From NCBI GenBank assembly GCA_009103225.1, contig RHPI01003488.1, forward strand, positions 257,438 through 321,437: a stretch of 64,000 nucleotides of DNA, read 5' to 3'. Below are positions 23,130-35,766 of the stretch, piece after piece. Both the position numbers and the translations under genes were made by a program. Every line of letters starts with the position of its first letter. Position 1 is the stretch's first letter. The notes beneath the pieces are model-generated. The model worked only from the letters and a program-made list of their open reading frames with translations. It was not told the origin of the DNA and did not search any database. The stretch is from Chlorokybus atmophyticus (Eukaryota > Plantae > Mesostigma and Chlorokybus algae).

Positions 23130-26100
23130 TGTAACGGAGTGCTACCGCTATGCGGTTCCCCGCCCTTATCTAATGACAATAAAGGGTCCCAACGGGATAA
23201 ATACAGCCATTAAAGTCGTGTTAAGGCCTTTATAGGCCCTAATAAGGTGTTAAGTTATGTAACACCGACACGCTGCTAACGCAGAGCGCCATAGCCAGGG
23301 GATCTTTCGTTCCCCTAACTGCTAGCGGCGGCGGCGGCGGCGACGTGGCTGTGGTGGTGTTGGGGTAGGGGATTAAAGGGGCGGTAGCACCCCTTCTTAC
23401 ATTTGGTATTGAAGCGGGGGCGTGGGGGCTTGAGGGGGCGGCGACAGCTTTGGCGGCGGCGGGGCGCAGAGGCGGCAGTCGGCACTGCTCAGTGCCGACG
23501 TCAGGCCGGCGGCCTGACAGCGGCGGCAGCGGCGGCAGCTAGCAGCCGCTACCCATTAGGGTGGGTAGTGGTAGTTGTTAGCTAGTTGTTATTGTTGTAT
23601 AGTTGTATAACTGTATAGTTGCTGCTGTTGGTGTAGCCTAGCCTAGCCTTGCCTTACCTTGCTTGCTTAGCCTAGCCTAGCTTGTTAGTGTGAAGGGGAG
23701 GCGGCCACTTAGGCAGCCTCACCTCAAGTATTGCATCTCAGCACATCACTTGTAACTAAATCACATTATCACTTGTGACTGTGCTAGTGGTTGGGGCTGC
23801 CACCACTTGGATTCGTGGTGGTGTCAGGGGGGGTTGTGGTTGTTTACACTTCTCCCACCCCAAGAGAGCAGTCTAACGCCAACTTGGGATGTTTTGGCCG
23901 CCATTCTGTGCGGTAGCGCCGCCAGAATCATTCTGGGTGGTCGATAAAAAACCCTCAACTCACACCTGGTTGACATCGGCCTATAAGGTTGATTCAACAA
24001 GAGTTTGGCACCTTTTGTGTTATTGACAATTGTGAGTTGAGCAGGGTTGTACAAAGTGAAAACTTTGAGTTGTTGTAGCTCGTGAACCGTCGCGTGGATT
24101 GTTTGCAAGCGAGTGTCTTGTTTAGAGGTGTTGGGCAGTCATTTTACGTGCTGTTTAACCGAAGTATAGCACCTTCAAATCAACGAAAACAACAACAACA
24201 CATTCTGACACTTTCAGAGTGCACAACTTGTGTGCTTGTGCACTCATGCACTTGTAAAACTTTTGAAGGCTTGTCACCTTAGGCAGATGTTTCACCAAGG
24301 AGACGAAGGAGGGATGTAACCCGTACCTGAGGATTCATCCTATGAGCCATCAAGTGATGAGGAAGTGAAGCATTCATAAACGAGTGGTGGTTACAGTGTC
24401 GGTGAGGAGGAAGAAGCCAAGTCAAAGAGTGGTGAAGCTTCCTCAGAGAAGTCCTCTCATGATGACCAACCTATGGACGCTTAGAGCATCATCGGGGCGG
24501 CCATAGCGAAGTACGCATCAGAGCGTGAAGCTCTTCTTGCTGCACACCCCCAGCTTCGTAAGGAAGTGTGGGATGAGTGGGCGCAGCAAGTGCGTAACGC
24601 ATATAAGACGCACTTCGCGGCACTCCCGCGTGCAAGCAAAGAGATGGTGATTCGCATGATCGAGCACAAGTTTACGCGTAATTTACCGCAACTCATGCGC
24701 ACAGATCCGGCAGTGGCCACTCTTATGGCTACTTATGACAAATCAGGCCCGTAGCCAGGCGAGAGGATGGCGTTTGAGGCTCTCACCTTATTGACGGTGG
24801 AAACTCTGAAGCGTTGCAAGGACCTATTCTGGTACTTAGGGCCTGAGCTGGAGGAGAAGTTAGCTCGAGAAGAGCGCTTAACTGCACGCCTCGAAGTTAT
24901 GCAGTCCGAGTTGGTGGCATTACGCTAGCAGGTGGCAAGGGCTACTACTGTAGTAGGGACATCAGTTGGCCTACCCGTCATAGCGCTGAACAAGCTCGAG
25001 AAGTTCAAGCCCAATGGGGCTGTGAACATTTATGATTGGGTGGTGAATGTAAAGCGCTACTTGGCTGCACTTCAACGACCAGTTAGTGAGCATACATCTG
25101 TTGCTGAGTTGCTCATGCCACCTGACGCTTTCGCCGGATGGGCGCGTCAAACAAAGGATGGTGCTTCCAAGACTGTGGAGGCATTGTTTCAGTTTTTGGT
25201 CGAGCGCTATGGTGGCAAGGACCCGGCTACTGCTGCTCGCAACAAGGTTACCAAGTTGCGCCAAAATGGTCGGGCGCCTTCAGTGTACTTGAAGGAGTTT
25301 CAAGCATTTGTTGGCCGTGTCAACAGTTGGCTCATGCCCATGGACAAGGCTGAGCAGTTTAACCTGTACAAGCGCGGCTTAGATGCGCGCTTGCGCGACT
25401 AGTTGCAGTACAACACGTCGACAGAGCAACCGCGGGTTCCCGCGGACCTCGCAACCTTGCAGAGGTTGAGTGTGTATCCGTTCAACGATGATGCTGCGGC
25501 TGTGCAGGACAAGTTACAGGAGGTGGCTTCAGTCAAGCCACATGGGGGAGGGGGGAAGCGGTTCCCTCCACCAAATGCGCATGCGGCAAAAAAGGCCAAA
25601 ACCTTATACGCACCTGCGAGTGGTGCCACGCCTATTCTAGCACGCGCCTGCTACCATCAGTCAGGTCACATTGCGAAGAACTGCCCAACCAAGGGAATGG
25701 GCAATGTCAAGAAGGTTGAATAGGATTACATCGTGACTGATGTACCTTCATCTGGTGGCCAGTTGCTAATGTTGCATATGCATACAGCAAACTGTTTTGA
25801 TGAATTGTCTCGTGTACATGTAATGACACATGCATGGCAAGCACATGATAAGCTGCCACTTTTTGATAGTGAAAAGTTGGATGACCAGGCTTGTGTGCTA
25901 GTGCATGTTGAATGTAACATGCTTATAGAAGTTTTGCGCACATTGTGTGAGTTACAAAAGAGACACACGACACTGAGTGTGATTGTCACGGTGCCCAAGT
26001 ATCATGGACCGTGGCTAAAGCATACTCGGGGGGGAAATGTGTTACAACAATCCACAAAGCGTGAGACGGGGACGGTGCGGTTGTCGGCAAATTGATGAAC

Positions 26101-29100
26101 CTACACAGTTGCGGAATCTTTGCTATTTTTCAAGGGCGAGTAGTACCTTTATTGTGGACCTTCACAAGCACGGCACAGGGTATTACTAGCTCGTTTTGCT
26201 TGGTTGACACCGGGGCAACGCATAACTTCGTCGAGAATAAATGGGTTATGCACAACAAGATAGCGTGTAAACCCTCAGCCTTCTCAGCTGTTGGTGCTGG
26301 AAGTGCGTTACCAGTGAAAGGTAAAATAAGTTGAAAGTGAAGATTGGTAGTTACCAAGCCAATTTAACTTTCATCGTAGTACCCATTGACATAGCTAGTG
26401 TTGATGTGGTACTTGGCCAAGAGTGGCAACATCAAGTGTCTATGACAATGGATACTGCTGCACAGTTCTGCACGGTAAGGAAGGGGCGTAAGAGCAGCAC
26501 TTTGTCCATGCAGGGGTCGCATAACTTGGAATATAAGCAAACAGACTCTGCGTTACTTACGGCGCTTCAAGTGAAGCGTGCGTTACGAAAAAGCACACCT
26601 GCTTTTCTAATGCACTTAACGTTAAGTGATGATGTAGTGCCTGGCAATACAGAAGGTGTATCGGACATCATTGAGAGATTTCAGGATGTGTTCTTAGATG
26701 AATTGCCGGGCTTGCCCCCTGATCGAGGTGTCGGACACACAATACCTTTGATTCCTGATAGTGAGCCTCCATTTCGGCCTATATATAGGTTGAGCCCTCG
26801 TGAGAGGGGGTTGGAAACACAAATAAAAGAGTTATTGAAGAAGGGATTGATTGAACCAAGTTCTTCACCCTTTGGCGCACCCATATTGTTTGTTATGAAC
26901 AAGAATGGGAAATTGCGCATGTGTGTGGATTATCGTGCTCTAAACAAGATCACGGTAAAGAACAGATACCTGTTGCCAAGGATTGATGATGTGTTTTACA
27001 AGTTGTCAGGGAATGCGTACTTTGGTACACTAAGCTTGACAAGCGGCTATCATCAAACTCAGATTCATCCTTTGGATATCTATAAGACAGCATTCAGGAC
27101 ACCTACGGGTCATTATTAATACAAAGTGTTACCTTTTTGATTGACTAATGCACCCGCTGTGTTTCAGAAGGAAATGAAAAAAATCTTCGGTGGTATGCTT
27201 GGTCAACATGTCATAATATATTTGGATGACATCATTGTCTTCAGTAAAACAATGGAAGAACATAGGTAACACTTGGAAGCGGTGTTCGCAAGATTGCGCA
27301 AGCATCATTTGTTTGCAGATTTCACCAAGTGTGATTGTTGTAAAACGGAGTTGCCCTTTCTTAGTCACATTGTGAGTGGTGCGGGTATACAACCTGACCC
27401 ACGCAAAGTGCAGATTGTCAAAGAGTGGCCCCAACCTTAGAATATCCATCAAATAAGTCGTTTATAGGGTTGGCAAAGTACTTTCGCAACTTTATGATGG
27501 GGTACTCGACAATTGTCATGCCTTTGACCAAGCTGTTGCGTAAAAATGCCCCGTTCACTTGGATCACAGCATAAGAAGTTGCTATGCAAAAGGTGCAGTT
27601 GGCTTTAACATCGGCGCCGGTGTTAGCACTGTCAATTTGGGACAAACACTTCACAGTGGCTAGTGACGCATCAACACTTGGGTGTGGTGCGGTACTATTG
27701 CAAGATGGTAGACCTTGTGCTTATGAGAGTAGGAAGTTCATTCCTGCGAGAGTGAACTACCCTACAACAGAGCAAGAACTACTGGGTATAGTTCATGCTC
27801 TTGAGACATGGAGATGTTACTTGGAGGGTGTTCAGTTCACTACTGTGACTGATTACAACCCGTTGGTGTATATCTCAACACAACAAAACTTGTCGCGACG
27901 GCAAGTGCGCTGGAATGAGTTTTTGTCCAGGTTCACCTTTGATTGGGTGTATCGGCCGGTTAGAACGAATGTGGCTGACCCTTCGAGTCGCTGCCCGTCA
28001 TTATTGGCGGTGATGCGCGCGCAACTACTCGCGACACGCAGCACATTGTCTCCCGATGATGAGTTTGTGCAAACTGTTGTTCAGGGGTACACTTTGGACC
28101 CGTGGTTTTTCATTGCAGACAACTTATAAAAGGTCGAGAAAGTTTGACAAACGTGACAATCTGTATTACATGAGCAACAGTGTGGTGATACCTGATCATG
28201 CTGAACTGCGTGTAAAATGCATAGCGGATACACATGATCCGCCTTACGCTGGGCACTTTGGTAGTCGCACAACCATTAAGGCAGCGGAACAGTTGTATTG
28301 GTGGCCATCGTTGCCTGCTAATGTGAAGCGGTATGTGGACACGTGTAACAAATGTCAACGTGACAAACCGTTACGTAAAAAGCCCGCTGGGCTACTGAGG
28401 CCGTTACCACTTCCTGACAGTAAGTGAAAAGTGTGAGTATGGACCTTATCACTGAGCTCCCTGAGATAGCGTTGGGTCATACTGCGGTTGCAGTATTTGT
28501 GGTCCTTTGACCAAAATGGTTCACATTGTTCCTTGCCGTACGGAGATAGGCTCCCATGATTTAGCGATGTTTTCTGTCGCGTTGATGTTCAATATGCATG
28601 GTTTGCCTCGCAACATTGTCTCTGACCGTGACCCGAGGTTCGTGGCTCAGTTTTGAAAGTCGCTATGCAACTTCCTGCAGATACAACAGCATATGAATAC
28701 CGCTTATAATCCGCAGATTGATAGTCAGACTGAACGCGCCAATCACGTGATTGAGGAAACCATTTGACATTATGCGAGTCCGACTAAGTCTGATTGGGAT
28801 ATTTATCTTCCAATAGCTGAGTTCGCGATTAACAATGCATGGCAAGAGAGCGTGCAGGAAACTCCATTTTTCTTAAACTACGGAGTGCATCCACAAAGTC
28901 CTGCCAGTATAAAATTGCCGGCTAGCGATGTGCCTCGCGATCCTGCAGCGCGCGAGATGGCTGCGGCCATGCAAGACAGGTTAGCGTTGGCAAAGAGCTA
29001 TCTGCGCGCAGCGCAAGACAGACAAAAAGCCCAAGCTGATAAGCATCGTAGGCAGGCCGACTATGATGTGGGCAATTCGGTGCTTTTGAGCATTAAAAAC

Positions 29101-29959
29101 ATATCCATCAAGGGAGTGAGTACCCGAAAGTGTTTTTTTTTTCCTTCGCTGGATAGGCCCCGTCAAAGTGGTTGATCGGGTCGGCACTCACGCGTATCGT
29201 TTAGAGTTACCACATTCCATACGTATACATAATGTGTTTCATGTGAGTGTACTGAAAGCGTACTGTTCAGATGGTTGGGTTCAACCTCCTCCACCCCCAG
29301 TCGCAGTGGATGGCGATAACACTTTCGAGTATGAGGTGGAAACAATCCAGAGTCACCGTAAGCCCCGACGCGGACGCGCGCCGACTTACTCGGTGAAATG
29401 GAAAGGGTATGGTGTTGAACACAACACGTGGGAACCCGAAAAGAATCTTACCAACTGCTAGGAGATTCTTCGGGCGTACCGGAGTGATGTGTCCGCACGC
29501 GGACGGTAAAAGGGTGCTGGCAGACAACTTTACCACTTCAGCCCTGGTTCTTTTCTCACTCACGTTTGCAGTGCTCACGGTGGGGCCTTGCTAACCCTCA
29601 GTGAGGACATTGAAACCTAAGTGGGGGGAATGTAACGGAGTGCTACCGCTATGCGGTTCCCGCCCTCATTTAATGAGAAATAAGGGTCCCAACGGGACAA
29701 ACACAGCCATTAAAGTCGTATTAGGGCCTTTATAGGCCCTGATGAGGTGCTATGTTATGTAACACTGATATCAATTTGAGACTCATGTCTCAACACGAGT
29801 CTCAAGTCGATATCGGCCGCTGCGCTGCTAACGCGGCCGCCATAGCCAGGGGATCTTTCGATCTCCTGGATGCCAGCGGCGGCGGCGGCGGCGACGTGGC
29901 TGTGGTTGGTGGTGTTGGGGTAGGGGATTAAAGGGGGCGGTAGCACCCCCCTTCTTGCA
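23130..29959 (+). mobile_element. Degenerate Ty3/gypsy chromovirus LTR retrotransposon
   Basis: LTRs at 23130-23401 and 29631-29959 start tgtaacggagtgctaccgc. Perfect TSD cctcc (23125-23129 and 29960-29964). PBS-like tggtattgaagc at 23404-23415 and PPT aagtggggggaa. Gag at about 24767-25723; PR LVDTGATHNF; RT (FGAPILFV..LRMCVDYRALN; YLDDII); RH (VASDAS..GAVLLQ..EQELLGIV); IN (HDPPYAGHFG..CNKCQ; SDRDPRF); chromodomain (YEVETIQSHR..VKWKGYG..NTWEP). Many stops and frameshifts. Confidence 0.96.
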
Positions 29960-30445
29960 CCTCCTACGGAAAACCGAGGGAGTTCGATATTCTCGAGGTT
30001 GTTGTCCAATGTTGGACAAGGTCAGCTTGTGCTGATAGGTCAGCACACAGTGACAAGGCCTAGGGGGCCTTGAACATCCTGTGTGCCAGGTTTAGGAGAG
30101 CAGCAAGAAGTATAAAGGCTTAGTGGCAACCTTGAGTAGGGATGAGAGTGTGTTCACCACTTGAGGGCCACTTGTGTGTGGGGTGCCGGGTTGTAGTTGT
30201 TGAAGGGGCTCTCCCCCTCATCCCTTGTGGGGTGTGGTGTGTTGTGTGTGTGCATGTGGGTGTGTTGGGCGTGGGTGTGCTTGGGGCTGGAGCTGTATGA
30301 GAGGTTAGTGGTCATCCTCTTCTCCCTTGGTGCGCTTCTGCAACTTCCCGTGCACCGTGGTGCTGGGGCTTCCGCTGTAAGTCCTTAGTGCTTGTGCATA
30401 AGTTTGCCAAGCCCCGACCAGCAAGTATATAGTGATATCGTTACA

Positions 30446-32407
30446 GCAAGGACACCGGCGCCAACGCTGGCCCTTACCAAGTCGTCATCACCTTGAATCA
30501 GGTATACCTGGGTATTGTTGTATATGCACTGCAGTGCCATGGGAATGCGTGCTGCCTCTGCGTGTATACACCATCCTAACAATAGTGCTTGAACCCTGGA
30601 GCTTCATACTGGCGGACTATGAAAATGCCGTAGGCCGCCCCCTCTCCATTAGCGACGTCATAACGCTGTATCAAGCCAGCACCGACTTGGGCGATGGGAT
30701 GACTGTTGACGACCTACAGGTCACCGTCACAGGGGTTGACGCTGCACGAGACATACTGAAGCTTCGGGCTCAGGTCACGCGCGCACGCCCACATGCACAC
30801 ATGTGCACTCCCATGCACGCACACACACATGTACACTCGTCGTGACGCTCGAGATTGTCTGACTTGCCAACCGTGCGGCAGATCACACATGCGTACGGCG
30901 GGTTAGGCCCGTACACGGTGCCTTTCAACAACTGCTGTCCAAATGGCACGACAACCACCGATCATAAAGACAGCGGCTGCAGCTATCGGAGGTCGCGTAC
31001 TGTCACCGTAAATGTCAACAACGGCAACAACGGCGGCGTGTTCACCACCCTGCCGATCATCCAGGTGGCCGTCATGGGGCAGGACAACACCATCCAGCTG
31101 CCGTTACAGGTCCCTGACGCGGAGAACTCGTACGCGTTCACGTGCCGATGTGCCACCTACGACGAGTCCGGATCCCTCACACCCATCGACACGCTCACCG
31201 TGTTCAACCCGAATTGCGGGTTGACGTGGCGCACGGACGGGACCCAAGTGGGGCAGCTGTGCACCTTGCTGGTGATCGTCGAGGAGCGCCACTACGGCAA
31301 TCCCCCCGCCAACTATGCGATGGACTTCATTGTGGAGGTGGTTGCGCAGCTGCAGCCGCCCGCGTGCAGCGGGGACGACCCGCTTCCGCCCCAGTGCCGA
31401 CTCGACATTACGGGGGGAGTCGTTTGCGACACCTTTCCCGGGGATGTCCTCATCCTCAGCATCACCGCCACGGCTAGCGCGTACATCAATCCCGACTACG
31501 CCATCCCACAATACCCGTTCGATGCCTACGCCATCACCCCTCCCTAGGTGGGTCGTTTGCTCCACCCCTCCACACCACATTCACATATGCCCCCAAACCC
31601 GCCGACGGAGGGCTGGTTTACTACGTGCGGGAGATATTCCAACGCGCGTCGCAACCTGCCGTGCTCGAAACCAACTGCGGCTTCGCCGTCGTCGTCTTTG
31701 GTACCCCCCCCAATTATTTGTATGCATGTGCTTGCGCGTACACGTGTCCTGTCTCTCTCTCCTCTTTGTGCAACATTCTTACCCACCCACCCACAATCCC
31801 TTGCGCAGACCTCTGTACTGGCAAGCCGGATGGGATACTCTGCCCGAATGGCTTTACGGTGTGTCGGGACGAAGTTTGTAGGGTGCGTTCGTCGTATCGT
31901 GTTGTGTCGTGTCATATTGCCGCATCAGAAACAAGTAGCCGCTGCGATTGAATGACAATCCTCCTGTTCCCTTGCTTGCTCACTAAGTGGCCCCCACCAC
32001 CGTCGCCAACACCCCCACCTCCGCCACCGCCATCACACCCACCGCCTCAACCTCCGTTACCTCCACCACGTATTCGTCATGGTGAGTGCCACGTAAAGGG
32101 GGTGCTTCAGTTGTTGCACTGCATCATGATGCGTGCCTATGAGACTGCACTGCCATGGCCATTGTTGTTGTTTTGGTGACTGTCTGTGTGTGTGTGTCAC
32201 ACACAGTCTGCAAGCCCAACCCTTGCGGCCCCGATGGCCGCTGTCAGCCTGCGACTTCCGGCTATCAATGCATCTGTCAACATGGCTTCTACGAACATGT
32301 ACGTTAACGTTGCTCAGTCAGTGTACATGCTGTGGTGCGTGCATGTGTGTGCGCGTGCTACCGAGTGCATACACGCGTCTATCCTGCTGTAGCTTACTGG
32401 ATCGGTG

Positions 32408-32460
<53 letters not shown>

Positions 32461-32840
32461 GAGTGTTGACGGCAGCAAGGTGTGCAAGTCCTTTTGCTCG
32501 AGGCCGGTGTCCACAGGGCTGTGGAACACTCCCGCGCTGCAGCGCATAAAGTGGATCAACCGCATGCCCGATGCCGACACATGCTGCCACAAGTGCAAGG
32601 CCAACCACGCCTGCACACATTGGGCATACTGCACCGGCAACGGCAGCAACAACGAGGTGTGCATTCGACTTATGAGACGCAAACAGCGCACGCACGCAAG
32701 CATGCGTACACGTCTTACTCATGCTCTGCTGAGTGCAGGTGTGCAAGCTCTTTGGTTGCGGGAAGAGTGCCCACCCGTGCTACAGAGACGCTCACCTTGA
32801 CACTAGCGACGACGCATGGGTCGCGTGCAAGATGTGCAAG
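30446..32840 (+). pseudogene. Multi-exon secreted/cell-surface protein gene, probably disabled: Sib (integrin-beta-like) N-terminal-type domain, Pro-rich linker, EGF-like domain, PAN/Apple-like domain
   Basis: Exons encode ..TDLGDGMTVDDLQVTVTGVDAARD..ITHAYGGLGPYTVPFNNCC..NNGGVFTTLPIIQV..; PPPPSPTPPPPP (about 31990-32068); CKPNPCGPDGRCQPATSGYQCICQHGF (32207-32298); DADTCCHKCKANHACTHWAYC (32461-32655); CKLFGC (about 32740). There is an in-frame TAG at 31545-31547 with a frame change, and no start or signal exon was found. Confidence 0.7.
32412..32458. repeat. (TG)n microsatellite at an intron 3' end
   Basis: Direct reading; it precedes the AG acceptor at 32459-32460. Confidence 0.95.
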
Positions 32841-33179
32841 TAGTAACGGTACACTACATCCACACAACTCGGTCCGCCATTTCATACCGCCCCTGCAAGC
32901 TGCAATCAGCGCATCAGCGCATGCACGCTTGGCTGCAGCTGAAAAGACGATGAATATAGCACAGTATAGCGTAGGAATAAGCGCGACTAGACCTTGAGCG
33001 TATTGCTCGTCTAGGATGGGTGATGAGAGATATCAAACGTGCGGCAAGCTCTTTGCAAAGTGGTGTATACAAGTGGATTGATACAGTGTGTCAAGTGTCA
33101 GGTGCCATATGAGGTGATACTGTGGCGTGCATTGTGTGTTTGTCGGTATCGCGCTTACAGGCAGTCGCAACCAATTGCT

Positions 33180-34250
33180 GGAGAGTAGATGCTAACAATA
33201 CACTGGGCAACCAGCCGGGATACAAGCACTCAATCCATATATTGACATCTAGCGCACACGACAATGGAAGCTAGATGAGAAAGCACTACGGTATGTAGCG
33301 CATACATGATCTGTTTCGAGCCAGACTACTTTGTGCCATGTAACTGCCATGCATGCATCCGGCGCTGCTTCGCCCCTTGTGTAGTGTTATAGACTCTGAA
33401 GCGCCATGCATATCAACACGGTCATCTAGTCAAGTTGTGTCACGCAGCGAGGGAGGCAAAGCAGTAAATCATCACGCAGGACACATGTTATATACCGAGC
33501 CTGTGAAATACGAGTGATGGATCATGCCTCATGGGCTCGTGAGTAAACTTTCACTCAAATCTCTGTGCAACTCTGCAAACCATGACATCACGTCGACCCC
33601 TGGAGCAGTTGTAATGCGCTCTAAGCACTACTGAGGTTTGTAGAAACAGGGACCCAGGGATCTACACAGAAGATATGGCAGATTCACATTCATGCACTTG
33701 GGGCCTGTAATCACTAAGAAAAAAAGCTTAAGGCAGCCTCTGCTGCTGAGCCTTTTCCTTACCCGTCACGCGCGGCACTGCTGCTGCACAGCTGAAAGGA
33801 GGACACCCTATTGGGTTATCTGAGGTCAATGACCCCTGAGCGTACAACAGGAACACAACACACGCTTCCTTGCGTTGTCATCATCATCATCCTCATTCGG
33901 TGCGATGCTGATTGGCGTCAGCCGATCAAGACAGGATGGAGTGCTTGCGATACGCACGGTGCGTGCAAGTCAACGCCACCACAGGGATGATGATAAGGGA
34001 ATCCCTGTCCTGATCGCCAGGTGCACAGCGCCCTGAACGACTTCTGACCGTACAGGAACACAGAAGCACACAAGCAGCAATTGGTTGCAAGGCCAAACAC
34101 ACGGGTTCATATACATAGGAACACGTGTGGTGGTGTGGATGTGGAAATAGTGTGCGACGCCCTTATTGAAGACACGGCGACACTGAATTGAGATCAAGAA
34201 GCAAGGAACTGATGGACAATACAGGGCGAGGGGGGGGGGGGACAGTACCC
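33180..34250 (-). pseudogene. Inverted, diverged copy of the LPAAT last intron, last exon and 3' flank (about 42330-43760)
   Basis: The reverse complement reads ttccttgcttcttgatctcaa...cagggcgctgtgcacctggcgatcaggacaggg...gatgatgatgatgacaacgcaagga.gcgtgtgttgtgttcctgttgt.cgctcaggg..., matching 42360-43300. About 150 nt of the last exon is deleted. Confidence 0.88.
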
Positions 34251-34296
34251 TATGACACGCAATCATACTCTGAAACGTGAATTTGCCTACACCACA

Positions 34297-35766
34297 TCAT
34301 GCAGCTTTGAACTGATACTTGTAAGCGCGTAGCTTGCTAATCCCATGACGTGTGTCCGCCATCACCGACGCGCAGTACCAACACGCCGCCACATAGCTGC
34401 ATTAGCAAGCCCACGAACGTGTTAGCACCACCACCAATGTCAATCGTGTCTTTCATGGCATGCACACACACACACACACAGAGATGCGCACTCACATTGC
34501 TGCTCAGAGCCCATATCGATATCCTTACCCGAACGCAGCTGCGGGGGCCCACATTGCATGCAGCCATTGCTCCCTCCCAACGACCACCCTGATGCAAATA
34601 CTCTTCAACACCAACAATAACAACGAGTGTAACATATAACACCAGCATGCTGCGAATCTCCCTCACCTTGAGCTGTGCCATGCCCAGAAGGCAAGTGTGA
34701 CTGCAGCGAGCGGCAGCGGGAGGAAGCCAACTTGCGATGAAGAAGATGACGATGTTGTGCTCGCTGGGGATACGAACAGCGCAATGGCGGCGATGCAAAG
34801 CGCGGTGCAAGCGAGCATATCTGTGGTTGTGTTTGTGTGTGCATGCAAATTATACACATGCGCACGAACGCCACGTGTACAGTGCTAACCAACATACCTG
34901 CCGCGATGACTGTGGTGGAAGACAATTCGCCATAGAACAAAGCGTGCCGGTGCTGAATAGATAGAATTGTAAAGTTGTTGGACAAGTGTTGCGATAGTCC
35001 ATTGATGTTTGCCTGCAAACAGCAAGCACAACAAGCACGACAAGCATTGTTTGTTTACCACGTGCCAGGGATGGCGGTGCTGGCTAAGAGCCGCGCGCGA
35101 GAAGAGCAGCGCCCCCGCCACCGCCCCCGCAGCAAACGCCGCCTGCGTGTACATGGTTGATGTTGAGGATGATGAGGAAGTTGCAAAGAAGGCACGGGGG
35201 GACTGTTTATTGCGTGCTTGCGTGTGTATGCACGCGTGTGCGCGCGCGTGTGTCTTTGCTTGTGTGAGAAAGTATGCATGTACAAGATCAAACAAACGGA
35301 CTTCACAGTGGGCATCTGAATGAACTATGTGCATGTAGGTGTGCATGTGTGCGCGTGCCCGCGCATGTGCTTGCATGCAATCGTTGCAGCTGCGTGCGCA
35401 CCGATTCACTACAAACGTGTATCTACGCGCGCTCAGATCTTTGCAAGAACGGCTGGAGTTGAACACCTGGTTGCATGCATGCAGTGGTCTTTGTCAACAA
35501 CACTGACCCTCCAGGCGAGGCTCTGCCTAGCATGACTCCTTTCCAGCTCCCTTATCACCTCCTCCTGCTCTGTAACCCCACGCAAACAAACAATGTGTGT
35601 TGATCTCGAGTGTAGAGTCACAATACGGTTATGATCTCCAGCCCAGGCCAGGCCATATGACGATGATACAGCACACACCTTGGGTATCCAAATACTCCGT
35701 CTCCTCCGCGCCGCCTCCGCCACCAAAGCTCCCAGCGCCTATCCCTTCAGCTCTCCTACTCCTCAT
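34297..35766 (-). CDS. Conserved uncharacterised multi-pass membrane protein (6 exons)
   Basis: GT-AG exons join in frame: MRSRRAEGIG..EYLDTQ|EQEEVIRELERSHARQSLAWR|AAFAAGAVAGALLFSRAALSQHRHPW..|HRHALFYGELSSTTVIAA|DMLACTALC..LAFWAWHSSR|VVVGREQWLHAMWAPAAAFG|YVAACWYCASVMADTRHGISKLRAYKYQFKAA*. This matches my recollection of a plant/eukaryote family with LDE.EQEE.V..L....QS..WR and C-terminal KLR.Y.Y..K. Confidence 0.75.

Noticed and set aside
23824-24108. Antisense ORF in the chromovirus leader
   Set aside because: It is short, has no motif, and there is no second copy in the window to test conservation.
34350-34810. Apparent extension of the inverted LPAAT duplicate
   Set aside because: These exons join cleanly into the separate membrane-protein gene; LPAAT similarity stops near 34250.
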